From NCBI GenBank assembly GCA_964016885.1, contig OZ024741.1, positions 256,680,001 through 256,744,000 of the forward strand: DNA of 64,000 nucleotides, in the 5' to 3' direction. Below, in pieces: positions 36,701 to 49,000 of this stretch. Both the position numbers and the translations under genes were made by a program. The notes under the pieces were generated by a model that did not search any database, was not told the origin of the DNA, and worked only from the letters and a program-made list of their open reading frames with translations. The number at the start of each line of letters is the position of its first letter. Position 1 is the first letter of the stretch. Source of the stretch: Eledone cirrhosa. Its lineage: Eukaryota.

Positions 36701-38630
36701 CGAGTGTTCTGACTTACGAGTGTTCTGACTGACGAGTGTTCTAACTTACGAGTGTTCTGACTTACGAGTGTTCTGACTTACGAGTGTTCCGAGTTACGAG
36801 TGTTTCGGCTCACCAGTGTTTCGGCTTACGAGTGTTTCGACTTACGAAAATAACAAATTGACGCGGTTTCAAATCTCTATACTTTTCAAATTCATTACAT
36901 TAATCTTTATTTATACGTTTCGCTTTACGAGTGTTTCGACTTACGAGTGTTTCGACTTACGAGTGTTTCGGCTTACGATTGTTTTGACTTACGAGTGTTT
37001 TGACTTACGGGTGTTTCGGCCTACGAGTGTTTCGACTTACGAGTGTTCTGACTTACGAGTGTTCTGACTTACGAGCGTTCCGACTTACGAGTGTTTCGGC
37101 TTACGAGTGTTCCGACTTACGAGTGTTTCGACTTACGAGTGTTTCGACTTACGAGCGTTTTGACTTACGAGTGTTTTGACTTACGGTGTTTCTGCTTACG
37201 AGTGTTTCGACTTACGAGGGTTAAGACTTACGGGTGTTTTGACATACGAGTGTTTCGACTTACGAGTGTTACCAGTGTTCTGACTTACGAGTGTTTCGAC
37301 TTACGAGTGTTCTGACCTACGAGTGTTCTGACTTACGAGTGTTTCGACTTACGAGTGTTTTGACTTACGGGTGTTTCGACTTACGAGTGTTTCGACTTAC
37401 GAGTGTTTCGAGTTACGGGTGTTTCGACTTACGAGTGTTTTGACTTACGAGTGTTAAGACTTACGGGTGTTTTGACATACGAGTGTTTCGATACGAGTGT
37501 TTCGACTTACGAGTGTTTTGACTTACGGGTGTTTTGACATACGAGTGTTTCGAAACGAGTGTTTCGACTACGAGTGTTTCGACTTACGAGTGTTTCGGCT
37601 TACGAGTGTTTCGACATACGGGTGTTTCGATTTACGGTGTTTCGGCTTACGAGTGTTTCGACTTACGAATGTTCTGACTTACGAGTGTTCTGACTTACGA
37701 GTGTTCTGACTTACGAGTGTTCTGACTTACGATTGTTCCGACTTACGAGTGTTTCGGCTTACGAGTGTTTCGGCTTACGAGTGTTTCGACTTACGAGTGT
37801 TTCGATTTACGAGTGTTTCGACTTACGAGTGTTTTGACTTACGGTGTTTCGGCTTACGAGTGTTTCGACTTACGAGTGTTTTGACTTACTGGTGTTTTGA
37901 CATACGAGGGTTTCGATACGAGTGTTTCGACTTACGAGTGTTCTGACTTACGAGTGTTCTGACTTACGAGTGTTCTGACTGACGAGTGTTCTAACTTACG
38001 AGTGTTCTGACTTACGAGTGTTCTGACTTACGAGTGTTCCGACTTACGAGTGTTTCGGCTCACCAGTGTTTCGGCTTACGAGTGTTTCGACTTACGAAAA
38101 TAACAAATAGACGCGGTTTCAAATCTCTATACTTTTCAAATTCATTACATTAATCTTTATTTATACGTTTCGCTTTACGAGTGTTTCGACTTACGAGTGT
38201 TTCGACTTACGAGTGTTTCGGCTTACGATTGTTTTGACTTACGAGTGTTTTGACTTACGGGTGTTTCGGCCTACGAGTGTTTCGACTTACGAGTGTTCTG
38301 ACTTACGAGTGTTCTGACTTACGAGCGTTCCGACTTACGAGTGTTTCGGCTTACGAGTGTTCCGACTTACGAGTGTTTCGACTTACGAGTGTTTCGACTT
38401 ACGAGCGTTTTGACTTACGAGTGTTTTGACTTACGGTGTTTCTGCTTACGAGTGTTTCGACTTACGAGGGTTAAGACTTACGGGTGTTTTGACATACGAG
38501 TGTTTCGACTTACGAGTGTTACCAGTGTTCTGACTTACGAGTGTTTCGACTTACGAGTGTTCTGACCTACGAGTGTTCTGACTTACGAGTGTTTCGACTT
38601 ACGAGTGTTTTGACTTACGGGTGTTTTCAC
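21570..38630 (+). repeat. Long-range duplication, period about 12.1-12.6 kb; boundaries approximate
   Basis: Offsets are 21812/33908 = 12096, 22262/34358 = 12096, 23288/35876 = 12588 and 24323/36848 = 12525. Confidence 0.8.
24280..33660 (+). repeat. Block of ~1.2-kb higher-order repeats (1202/1250 bp) nested in a ~3.55-kb period (3586/3538); boundaries approximate
   Basis: Offsets are 24323/25525 = 1202, 31335/32585 = 1250, 25525/29111 = 3586 and ORFs 26806/30344 = 3538. The 1250 period recurs at 36848/38098. Confidence 0.87.
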
Positions 38631-41600
38631 TTACGAGTGTTTCGGCTTACGATTGTTTTGACTTACGAGTGTTTTGACTTACGGGTGTTTCGGCTTACGA
38701 GTGTTTCGACTTACGAGTGTTCTGACTTACGAGTGTTCTGACTTACGAGTGTTTCGGCTTACGAGTGTTTCGACTTACGAGTGTTGTGACTTACGAGTGT
38801 TTCGACTTACGAGCGTTCCGACTTAGGAGTGTTTCGGCTTACGAATGTTCCGACTTACGAGTGTTTCGACTTACGAGTGTTTCGACTTACGAGCGTTTTG
38901 ACTTACGAGTGTTTTGACATACGGTGTTTCTGCTTACGAGTGTTTCGACTTACGAGTGTTAAGACTTACGGGTGTTTTGACATACGAGTGTTTCGACTTA
39001 CGAGTGTTACGAGTGTTCTGACTTACGAGTGTTTCGACTTACGAGTGTTCTGACCTACGAGTGTTCTGACTTACGTGTGTTTCGACTTACGAGTGTTTTG
39101 ACTTACGGGTGTTTCGACTTACGAGTGTTTCGACTTACGAGTGTTTCGAGTTACGGGTGTTTCGACTTACGACTGTTTTGACTTACGAGTGTTAAGACTT
39201 ACGGGTGTTTTGACATACGAGTGATTCGATACGAGTGTTTCGACTTACGAGTGTTTTGACTTACGGGTGTTTTGACATACGAGTGTTTCGATACGAGTGT
39301 TCTGACTTACGAGTGTTCTGACTTACGAGTGTTCTGACTTACGAGTGTTCTGACTTACGAGTGTTCTGACTTACGAGTGTTCCGACTTACGAGTGATCTG
39401 ACTTACGAGTGTTCCTACTTACGAGTGTTTCGACTTACGAGTGTTTCGACTTGCGAGTGTTTCGACTTACGAATGTTCCAACTTACGAAAATAACAAATA
39501 GACGCGGTTTCAAATATCTATGCTTTTCAAATTCATTACATTAATCTTTATTCATACGTTTCGCTTTACGTGTGTTTCGGCGTACGAGTGTTTCGACTTA
39601 CGAGTGTTTTAACTTACGGTTGTTTCGACTTAAGCGTGTTTCGACTACGAATGTTCCGACTTACGAGTGTTTCGACTTACGAGTGTTTCGACTTACGAGT
39701 GCTTTGACTTACGAATGTTTTGACTTACTTCGACTTACGAGTGATCTGACTTACGAGTGTTCCTACTTACGAGTGTTTCGACTTACGAGTGTTTCGACTT
39801 GCGAGTGTTTCGACTTACGAGTGTTTCGACTTACGAAAATAACAAATAGACGCGGTTTCAAATCTCTATGCTTTTCAAATTCATTACATTAATCTTTATT
39901 TATACGTTTCGCTTTACGAGTGTTTCGAGTTACGAGTGTTTCGACATACGAGTGATTCGGCTAACGAGTGTTTTGATTTACGAGTGTTTTGACTTACGGG
40001 TGCTTCGACATACGCGTGTTTCGACTTACGATTGTTTCGGCTTACGAGTGTTTCGACTTACGAGTGTTCTGACTACGAGTGTTTTGACTTACGGGTGTTC
40101 TGACTTACGAGTGTTCCGACTTACGAGTGTTTCGGCTTATGAGTGTTTCGACTTACAAGGGCTTCGACTTACGAGTGTTTCGGCTTACGGGTGTTTCGAC
40201 TTACGAATGTTTTTGCTTACGAGTGTTTCGGCTTACGAGTGTTTCGGCTTATGAGTGTTTCGACTTACAAGTGTTTTGACTTACGGGTGTTTTGACATAC
40301 GAGTGTTTCGATACGAGTGTTTCGACTTACGAGTGTTTTGACTTACGGGTGTTTTGACATACGAGTGTTTCGAAACGAGTGTTTCGACTACGAGTGTTTC
40401 GACTTACGAGTGTTTCGGCTTACGAGTGTTTCGACATACGGGTGTTTCGATTTACGGTGTTTCGGCTTACGAGTGTTTCGACTTACGAGTGTTTCGACTT
40501 ACTAATGTTTTTACTTACGAGTGTTTCGGTGTACGAGTGTTTCGACTTAAGGATGTTTCGACTTACGAGTGTTTCGACTTACGAGTGTTTCGACTTACGA
40601 GTGTTTCGACTTACGAGTGTTTCGAGTTACGGGTGTTTCGACTTACGAGTGTTTTGACTTACGAGTGTTAAGACTTACGGGTGTTTTGACATACGAGTGT
40701 TTCGAAACGAGTGTTTCGACTACGAGTGTTTCGACTTACGAGTGTTTCGGCTTACGAGTGTTTCGACATACGGGTGTTTCGATTTACGGTGTTTCGGCTT
40801 ACGAGTGTTTCGACTTACGAATGTTCTGACTTACGAGTGTTCTGACTTACGAGTGTTCTGACTTACGAGTGTTCTGACTTACGATTGTTCCGACTTACGA
40901 GTGTTTCGGCTTACGAGTGTTTCGGCTTACGAGTGTTTCGACTTACGAGTGTTTCGATTTACGAGTGTTTCGACTTACGAGTGCTTTGACTTACGGTGTT
41001 TCGGCTTACGAGTGTTTCGACTTACGAGTGATTTGACTTACTGGTGTTTTGACATACGAGGGTTTCGATACGAGTGTTTCGACTTACGAGTGTTCTGACT
41101 TACGAGTGTTCTGACTTACGAGTGTTCTGACTTACGAGTGTTCTAACTTACGAGTGTTCTGACTTACGAGTGTTCTGACTTACGAGTGTTCCGACTTACG
41201 AGTGTTTCGGCTCACCAGTGTTTCGGCTTACGAGTGTTTCGACTTACGAAAATAACAAATAGACGCGGTTTCAAATCTCTATGCTTTTCAAATTCATTAC
41301 ATTAATCTTTATTTATACGTTTCGCTTTACGAGTGTTTCGACTTACGAGTGTTTCGACTTACGAGTGTTTCGGCTTACGATTGTTTTGACTTACGAGTGT
41401 TTTGACTTACGGGTGTTTCGGCTTACGAGTGTTTCGACTTACGAGTGTTCTGACTTACGAGTGTTCTGACTTACGAGTGTTTCGGCTTACGAGTGTTTCG
41501 ACTTACGAGTGTTGTGACTTACGAGTGTTTCGACTTACGAGCGTTCCGACTTAGGTGTGTTTCGGCTTACGAATGTTCCGACTTACGAGTGTTTCGACTT

Positions 41601-43050
41601 ACGAGTGTTTCGACTTACGAGCGTTTTGACTTACGAGTGTTTTGACATACGGTGTTTCTGCTTACGAGTGTTTCGACTTACGAGTGTTAAGACTTACGGG
41701 TGTTTTGACATACGAGTGTTTCGACTTACGAGTGTTACGAGTGTTCTGACTTACGAGTGTTTCGACTTACGAGTGTTCTGACCTACGAGTGTTCTGACTT
41801 ACGTGTGTTTCGACTTACGAGTGTTTTGACTTACGGGTGTTTCGACTTACGAGTGTTTCGACTTACGAGTGTTTCGAGTTACGGGTGTTTCGACTTACGA
41901 CTGTTTTGACTTACGAGTGTTAAGACTTACGGGTGTTTTGACATACGAGTGATTCGATACGAGTGTTTCGACTTACGAGTGTTTTGACTTACGGGTGTTT
42001 TGACATACGAGTGTTTCGATACGAGTGTTCTGACTTACGAGTGTTCTGACTTACGAGTGTTCTGACTTACGAGTGTTCTGACTTACGAGTGTTCCGACTT
42101 ACGAGTGATCTGACTTACGAGTGTTCCTACTTACGAGTGTTTCGACTTACGAGTGTTTCGACTTGCGAGTGTTTCGACTTACGAATGTTCCGACTTACGA
42201 AAATAACAAATAGACGCGGTTTCAAATATCTATGCTTTTCAAATTCATTACATTAATCTTTATTCATACGTTTCGCTTTACGTGTGTTTCGGCGTACGAG
42301 TGTTTCGACTTACGAGTGTTTTAACTTACGGTTGTTTCGACTTAAGCGTGTTTCGACTACGAATGTTCCGACTTACGAGTGTTTCGACTTACGAGTGTTT
42401 CGACTTACGAGTGCTTTGACTTACGAATGTTTTGACTTACTTCGACTTACGAGTGATCTGACTTACGAGTGTTCCTACTTACGAGTGTTTCGACTTACGA
42501 GTGTTTCGACTTGCGAGTGTTTCGACTTACGAGTGTTTCGACTTACGAAAATAACAAATAGACGCGGTTTCAAATCTCTATGCTTTTCAAATTCATTACA
42601 TTAATCTTTATTTATACGTTTCGCTTTACGAGTGTTTCGAGTTACGAGTGTTTCGACATACGAGTGATTCGGCTAACGAGTGTTTTGATTTACGAGTGTT
42701 TTGACTTACGGGTGCTTCGACATACGCGTGTTTCGACTTACGAGTGTTTCGACTTACGAGTGTTTCGACTTACGATTGTTTCGGCTTACGAGTGTTTCGA
42801 CTTACGAGTGTTCTGACTACGAGTGTTTTGACTTACGGGTGTTCTGACTTACGAGTGTTCCGACTTACGAGTGTTTCGGCTTATGAGTGTTTCGACTTAC
42901 AAGGGCTTCGACTTACGAGTGTTTCGGCTTACGGGTGTTTCGACTTACGAATGTTTTTGCTTACGAGTGTTTCGGCTTACGAGTGTTTCGGCTTATGAGT
43001 GTTTCGACTTACAAGTGTTTTGACTTACGGGTGTTTTGACATACGAGTGT
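38630..43050 (+). repeat. Higher-order duplication, period about 2.7 kb (2728/2712); boundaries approximate
   Basis: ORFs 38829/41557 are offset 2728; spacers 39489/42201 and 39837/42549 are offset 2712. Confidence 0.83.
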
Positions 43051-46000
43051 TTCGATACGAGTGTTCTGACTTACGAGTGTTTCCGCTTACGAGTGTTTCG
43101 GCTTACGAGTGTTTCGACTTACTAATGTTTTTACTTACGAGTGTTTCGGTGTACGAGTGTTTCGACTTAAGGATGTTTCGACTTACGAGTGTTTCGACTT
43201 ACGAGTGTTTCGACTTACGAGTGTTTTGGCTTACGAATGTTTTGACTTACGGGTGTTTCGACTTACGGGTGTTTCGGCTTACGAGTGTTTCGACTTACGA
43301 GTGTTTTGACTTACGAGTGTTCTGACTTATGAGTGTTCCGACTTACGAGTGTTCCGACTTACGAGTGTTTTGACCTACGAGTGTTCCGACTTACGAGTGT
43401 TTCGGCTTACGGGTGTTTCGACGTACGAGTATTTTTGGCTTACGAGTGTTTCGACTTACGAGTGTTTTGAATTACGATTGTTTCGGCTTACGAGTGTTTC
43501 GACTTACGAGTATTTCGACTTACGAGTGTTTTGACTTATGGGTGTTTTGACATACGAGTGTTTCGATACGAATGCTCTGACTTACGAGTGTTCTGACTTA
43601 CGAGTGTTCTGACTTACGGGTGTTCTGACTTACGTGTGTTCCGACTTACGAGTGTTTCGGCTATGGGTGTTTCGACTTACGAGTGTTTCGACTTACGAAT
43701 GTTTTGGCTTACGAGTGTTTCGGCTTACGAGTGTTTCGACTTACGAATGTTTTGGCTTACGAGTGTTTCGGCTTGCGGGTGTTTCGACTTATGATTGTTT
43801 CGACTTACGAGTGTTTTGACTTACGGTGTTTCGGCTTACGAGTTATTCGACATACGAGTGTTTCGACTTACGGGTGTTTCGACTTACGGGTGTTTTGACT
43901 TACGAGTGTTTCGACTTATGAGTGTTTCGACTTACAAGTGTTCTGACTTACGAGTGTTCTGACTTACGAGTGTTCCGACTTACGAGTGTTTAGGTTTACG
44001 AGTGTTTCGAAACACGAGTGTTTTAACTTACGTGTGTTTCGACTTACGGGTGTTTCGACTTACGAGTGTTTCGGTGTACGAGTGTTTCGACTTAAGGATG
44101 TTTCGATTTACGAGTGTTTCGACTTACGATTGTTTCGGCTTACGTGAGTTTCGACTTAAGAGTGTTCTGATTTACGAGTGTTCTGACTTGCGGGTGTTCT
44201 GATTTACGAGTGTTCCGACTTACGAGTGTTTCGGCTTATGAGTGTTTCGACTTACGAGTGTTTCGGCTTACGAGTGTTTCGCCTTATGGGTGTTTCGACT
44301 TACGAGTGTTTTGACTTACGAGTGTTTTGACTTACATGTGTTTCGACTTATGGTGTTTCGGCTTACGAGTGTTTCGACATACGAGTGTTTTGACGTACGG
44401 GTGTTTCGATACGAGTGTTCTGACTTACGAGTGTTCTGACTTACGAGTGTTCTGACTTACGGGTGTTCTAACTTACGAGTGTTCCGACTTACGAGTGTTT
44501 CGGCTTATGAGGGTTTCGACTTACGAGTGCTTCGGCTTACGAGTGTTTCGACTTACGAGTGTTTCGGCTTACGAGTGTTTCGAATTACGAATGTTTTGGC
44601 TTACGAGTGTTTCGGCTTACGAGTGTTTCGACTTACGAGTGTTTCGACTTACGAGTGTTTTGACTTATGGTGTTTCGGCTTACGAGTGTTTCGACTTACG
44701 AGTGTTTTGACTTGCGAGTGTTTTGACTTACGGTGTTTCTGCTTACGAGTGTTTCGACTTACGAGTGTTATGACTTACGGGTGTTTTGACATACGAGTGT
44801 TTCGATACGAGTGTTTCGACTTACGAGTGTTTTGACTTACGAGTGTTTCGAGTTACGAGTGTTTCGAATTACGAATGTTTTTACTTACGAATGTTCTGAC
44901 TTACGGGTGTTTCGGCTTACGAGTGTTTCGACTTACGAGTGTTTTAACTTACGGGTGTTTCTACTTACGCGTGTTTCGACTTGCAAGTGTTTCGACTTAC
45001 GAGTGTTTCGACTACGAATGTGCCGACTTACGAGTGTTTCGACTTATGAGTGTTTCGACTTACGAGTGTTCTGACTTACGGGTGTTCCGACTGACGAGTG
45101 TTTCGGCTTACGATTGTTTTGACTTACGATTGTTTTGGCTTACGAATGTTTCGACTTACGAGTGTTTCAACTTACGAGTGTTTTGACTTACGGTGTTTCG
45201 GCTTACGAGTGTTTCGACTTACGGGTGTTTTGACATACGAGTGTTTCGACTTACGAGTGTTACGAGTGTTCTGACTTACGAGTGTTTCGACTTACGAGTG
45301 TTCTGACCTACGAGTGTTCTGACTTACGTGTGTTTCGACTTACGAGTGTTTTGACTTACGGGTGTTTCGACTTACGAGTGTTTCGACTTACGAGTGTTTC
45401 GAGTTACGGGTGTTTCGACTTACGACTGTTTTGACTTACGAGTGTTAAGACTTACGGGTGTTTTGACATACGAGTGATTCGATACGAGTGTTTCGACTTA
45501 CGAGTGTTTTGACTTACGGGTGTTTTGACATACGAGTGTTTCGATACGAGTGTTCTGACTTACGAGTGTTCTGACTTACGAGTGTTCTGACTTACGAGTG
45601 TTCTGACTTACGAGTGTTCCGACTTACGAGTGATCTGACTTACGAGTGTTCCTACTTACGAGTGTTTCGACTTACGAGTGTTTCGACTTGCGAGTGTTTC
45701 GACTTACGAATGTTCCGACTTACGAAAATAACAAATAGACGCGGTTTCAAATATCTATGCTTTTCAAATTCATTACATTAATCTTTATTCATACGTTTCG
45801 CTTTACGTGTGTTTCGGCGTACGAGTGTTTCGACTTACGAGTGTTTTAACTTACGGTTGTTTCGACTTAAGCGTGTTTCGACTACGAATGTTCCGACTTA
45901 CGAGTGTTTCGACTTACGAGTGTTTCGACTTACGAGTGCTTTGACTTACGAATGTTTTGACTTACTTCGACTTACGAGTGATCTGACTTACGAGTGTTCC

Positions 46001-49000
46001 TACTTACGAGTGTTTCGACTTACGAGTGTTTCGACTTGCGAGTGTTTCGACTTACGAGTGTTTCGACTTACGAAAATAACAAATAGACGCGGTTTCAAAT
46101 CTCTATGCTTTTCAAATTCATTACATTAATCTTTATTTATACGTTTCGCTTTACGAGTGTTTCGAGTTACGAGTGTTTCGACATACGAGTGATTCGGCTA
46201 ACGAGTGTTTTGATTTACGAGTGTTTTGACTTACGGGTGCTTCGACATACGCGTGTTTCGACTTACGAGTGTTTCGACTTACGAGTGTTTCGACTTACGA
46301 TTGTTTCGGCTTACGAGTGTTTCGACTTACGAGTGTTCTGACTACGAGTGTTTTGACTTACGGGTGTTCTGACTTACGAGTGTTCCGACTTACGAGTGTT
46401 TCGGCTTATGAGTGTTTCGACTTACAAGGGCTTCGACTTACGAGTGTTTCGGCTTACGGGTGTTTCGACTTACGAATGTTTTTGCTTACGAGTGTTTCGG
46501 CTTACGAGTGTTTCGGCTTATGAGTGTTTCGACTTACAAGTGTTTTGACTTACGGGTGTTTTGACATACGAGTGTTTCGATACGAGTGTTCTGACTTACG
46601 AGTGTTTCCGCTTACGAGTGTTTCGGCTTACGAGTGTTTCGACTTACTAATGTTTTTACTTACGAGTGTTTCGGTGTACGAGTGTTTCGACTTAAGGATG
46701 TTTCGACTTACGAGTGTTTCGACTTACGAGTGTTTCGACTTACGAGTGTTTTGGCTTACGAATGTTTTGACTTACGGGTGTTTCGACTTACGGGTGTTTC
46801 GGCTTACGAGTGTTTCGACTTACGAGTGTTTTGACTTACGAGTGTTCTGACTTATGAGTGTTCCGACTTACGAGTGTTCCGACTTACGAGTGTTTTGACC
46901 TACGAGTGTTCCGACTTACGAGTGTTTCGGCTTACGGGTGTTTCGACGTACGAGTATTTTTGGCTTACGAGTGTTTCGACTTACGAGTGTTTTGAATTAC
47001 GATTGTTTCGGCTTACGAGTGTTTCGACTTACGAGTATTTCGACTTACGAGTGTTTTGACTTATGGGTGTTTTGACATACGAGTGTTTCGATACGAATGC
47101 TCTGACTTACGAGTGTTCTGACTTACGAGTGTTCTGACTTACGGGTGTTCTGACTTACGTGTGTTCCGACTTACGAGTGTTTCGGCTATGGGTGTTTCGA
47201 CTTACGAGTGTTTCGACTTACGAATGTTTTGGCTTACGAGTGTTTCGGCTTACGAGTGTTTCGACTTACGAATGTTTTGGCTTACGAGTGTTTCGGCTTG
47301 CGGGTGTTTCGACTTATGATTGTTTCGACTTACGAGTGTTTTGACTTACGGTGTTTCGGCTTACGAGTTATTCGACATACGAGTGTTTCGACTTACGGGT
47401 GTTTCGACTTACGGGTGTTTTGACTTACGAGTGTTTCGACTTATGAGTGTTTCGACTTACAAGTGTTCTGACTTACGAGTGTTCTGACTTACGAGTGTTC
47501 CGACTTACGAGTGTTTAGGTTTACGAGTGTTTCGAAACACGAGTGTTTTAACTTACGTGTGTTTCGACTTACGGGTGTTTCGACTTACGAGTGTTTCGGT
47601 GTACGAGTGTTTCGACTTAAGGATGTTTCGATTTACGAGTGTTTCGACTTACGATTGTTTCGGCTTACGTGAGTTTCGACTTAAGAGTGTTCTGATTTAC
47701 GAGTGTTCTGACTTGCGGGTGTTCTGATTTACGAGTGTTCCGACTTACGAGTGTTTCGGCTTATGAGTGTTTCGACTTACGAGTGTTTCGGCTTACGAGT
47801 GTTTCGCCTTATGGGTGTTTCGACTTACGAGTGTTTTGACTTACGAGTGTTTTGACTTACATGTGTTTCGACTTATGGTGTTTCGGCTTACGAGTGTTTC
47901 GACATACGAGTGTTTTGACGTACGGGTGTTTCGATACGAGTGTTCTGACTTACGAGTGTTCTGACTTACGAGTGTTCTGACTTACGGGTGTTCTAACTTA
48001 CGAGTGTTCCGACTTACGAGTGTTTCGGCTTATGAGGGTTTCGACTTACGAGTGCTTCGGCTTACGAGTGTTTCGACTTACGAGTGTTTCGGCTTACGAG
48101 TGTTTCGAATTACGAATGTTTTGGCTTACGAGTGTTTCGGCTTACGAGTGTTTCGACTTACGAGTGTTTCGACTTACGAGTGTTTTGACTTATGGTGTTT
48201 CGGCTTACGAGTGTTTCGACTTACGAGTGTTTTGACTTGCGAGTGTTTTGACTTACGGTGTTTCTGCTTACGAGTGTTTCGACTTACGAGTGTTATGACT
48301 TACGGGTGTTTTGACATACGAGTGTTTCGATACGAGTGTTTCGACTTACGAGTGTTTTGACTTACGAGTGTTTCGAGTTACGAGTGTTTCGAATTACGAA
48401 TGTTTTTACTTACGAATGTTCTGACTTACGGGTGTTTCGGCTTACGAGTGTTTCGACTTACGAGTGTTTTAACTTACGGGTGTTTCTACTTACGCGTGTT
48501 TCGACTTGCAAGTGTTTCGACTTACGAGTGTTTCGACTACGAATGTGCCGACTTACGAGTGTTTCGACTTATGAGTGTTTCGACTTACGAGTGTTCTGAC
48601 TTACGGGTGTTCCGACTGACGAGTGTTTCGGCTTACGATTGTTTTGACTTACGATTGTTTTGGCTTACGAATGTTTCGACTTACGAGTGTTTCAACTTAC
48701 GAGTGTTTTGACTTACGGTGTTTCGGCTTACGAGTGTTTCGACTTACGAGTGTTTCGACTTACGATTGTTTCGGCTTACGAGTGTTTCGACTTACGAGTG
48801 TTCTGACTACGAGTGTTTTGACTTACGGGTGTTCTGACTTACGAGTGTTCCGACTTACGAGTGTTTCGGCTTATGAGTGTTTCGACTTACAAGGGCTTCG
48901 ACTTACGAGTGTTTCGGCTTACGGGTGTTTCGACTTACGAATGTTTTTGCTTACGAGTGTTTCGGCTTACGAGTGTTTCGGCTTATGAGTGTTTCGACTT

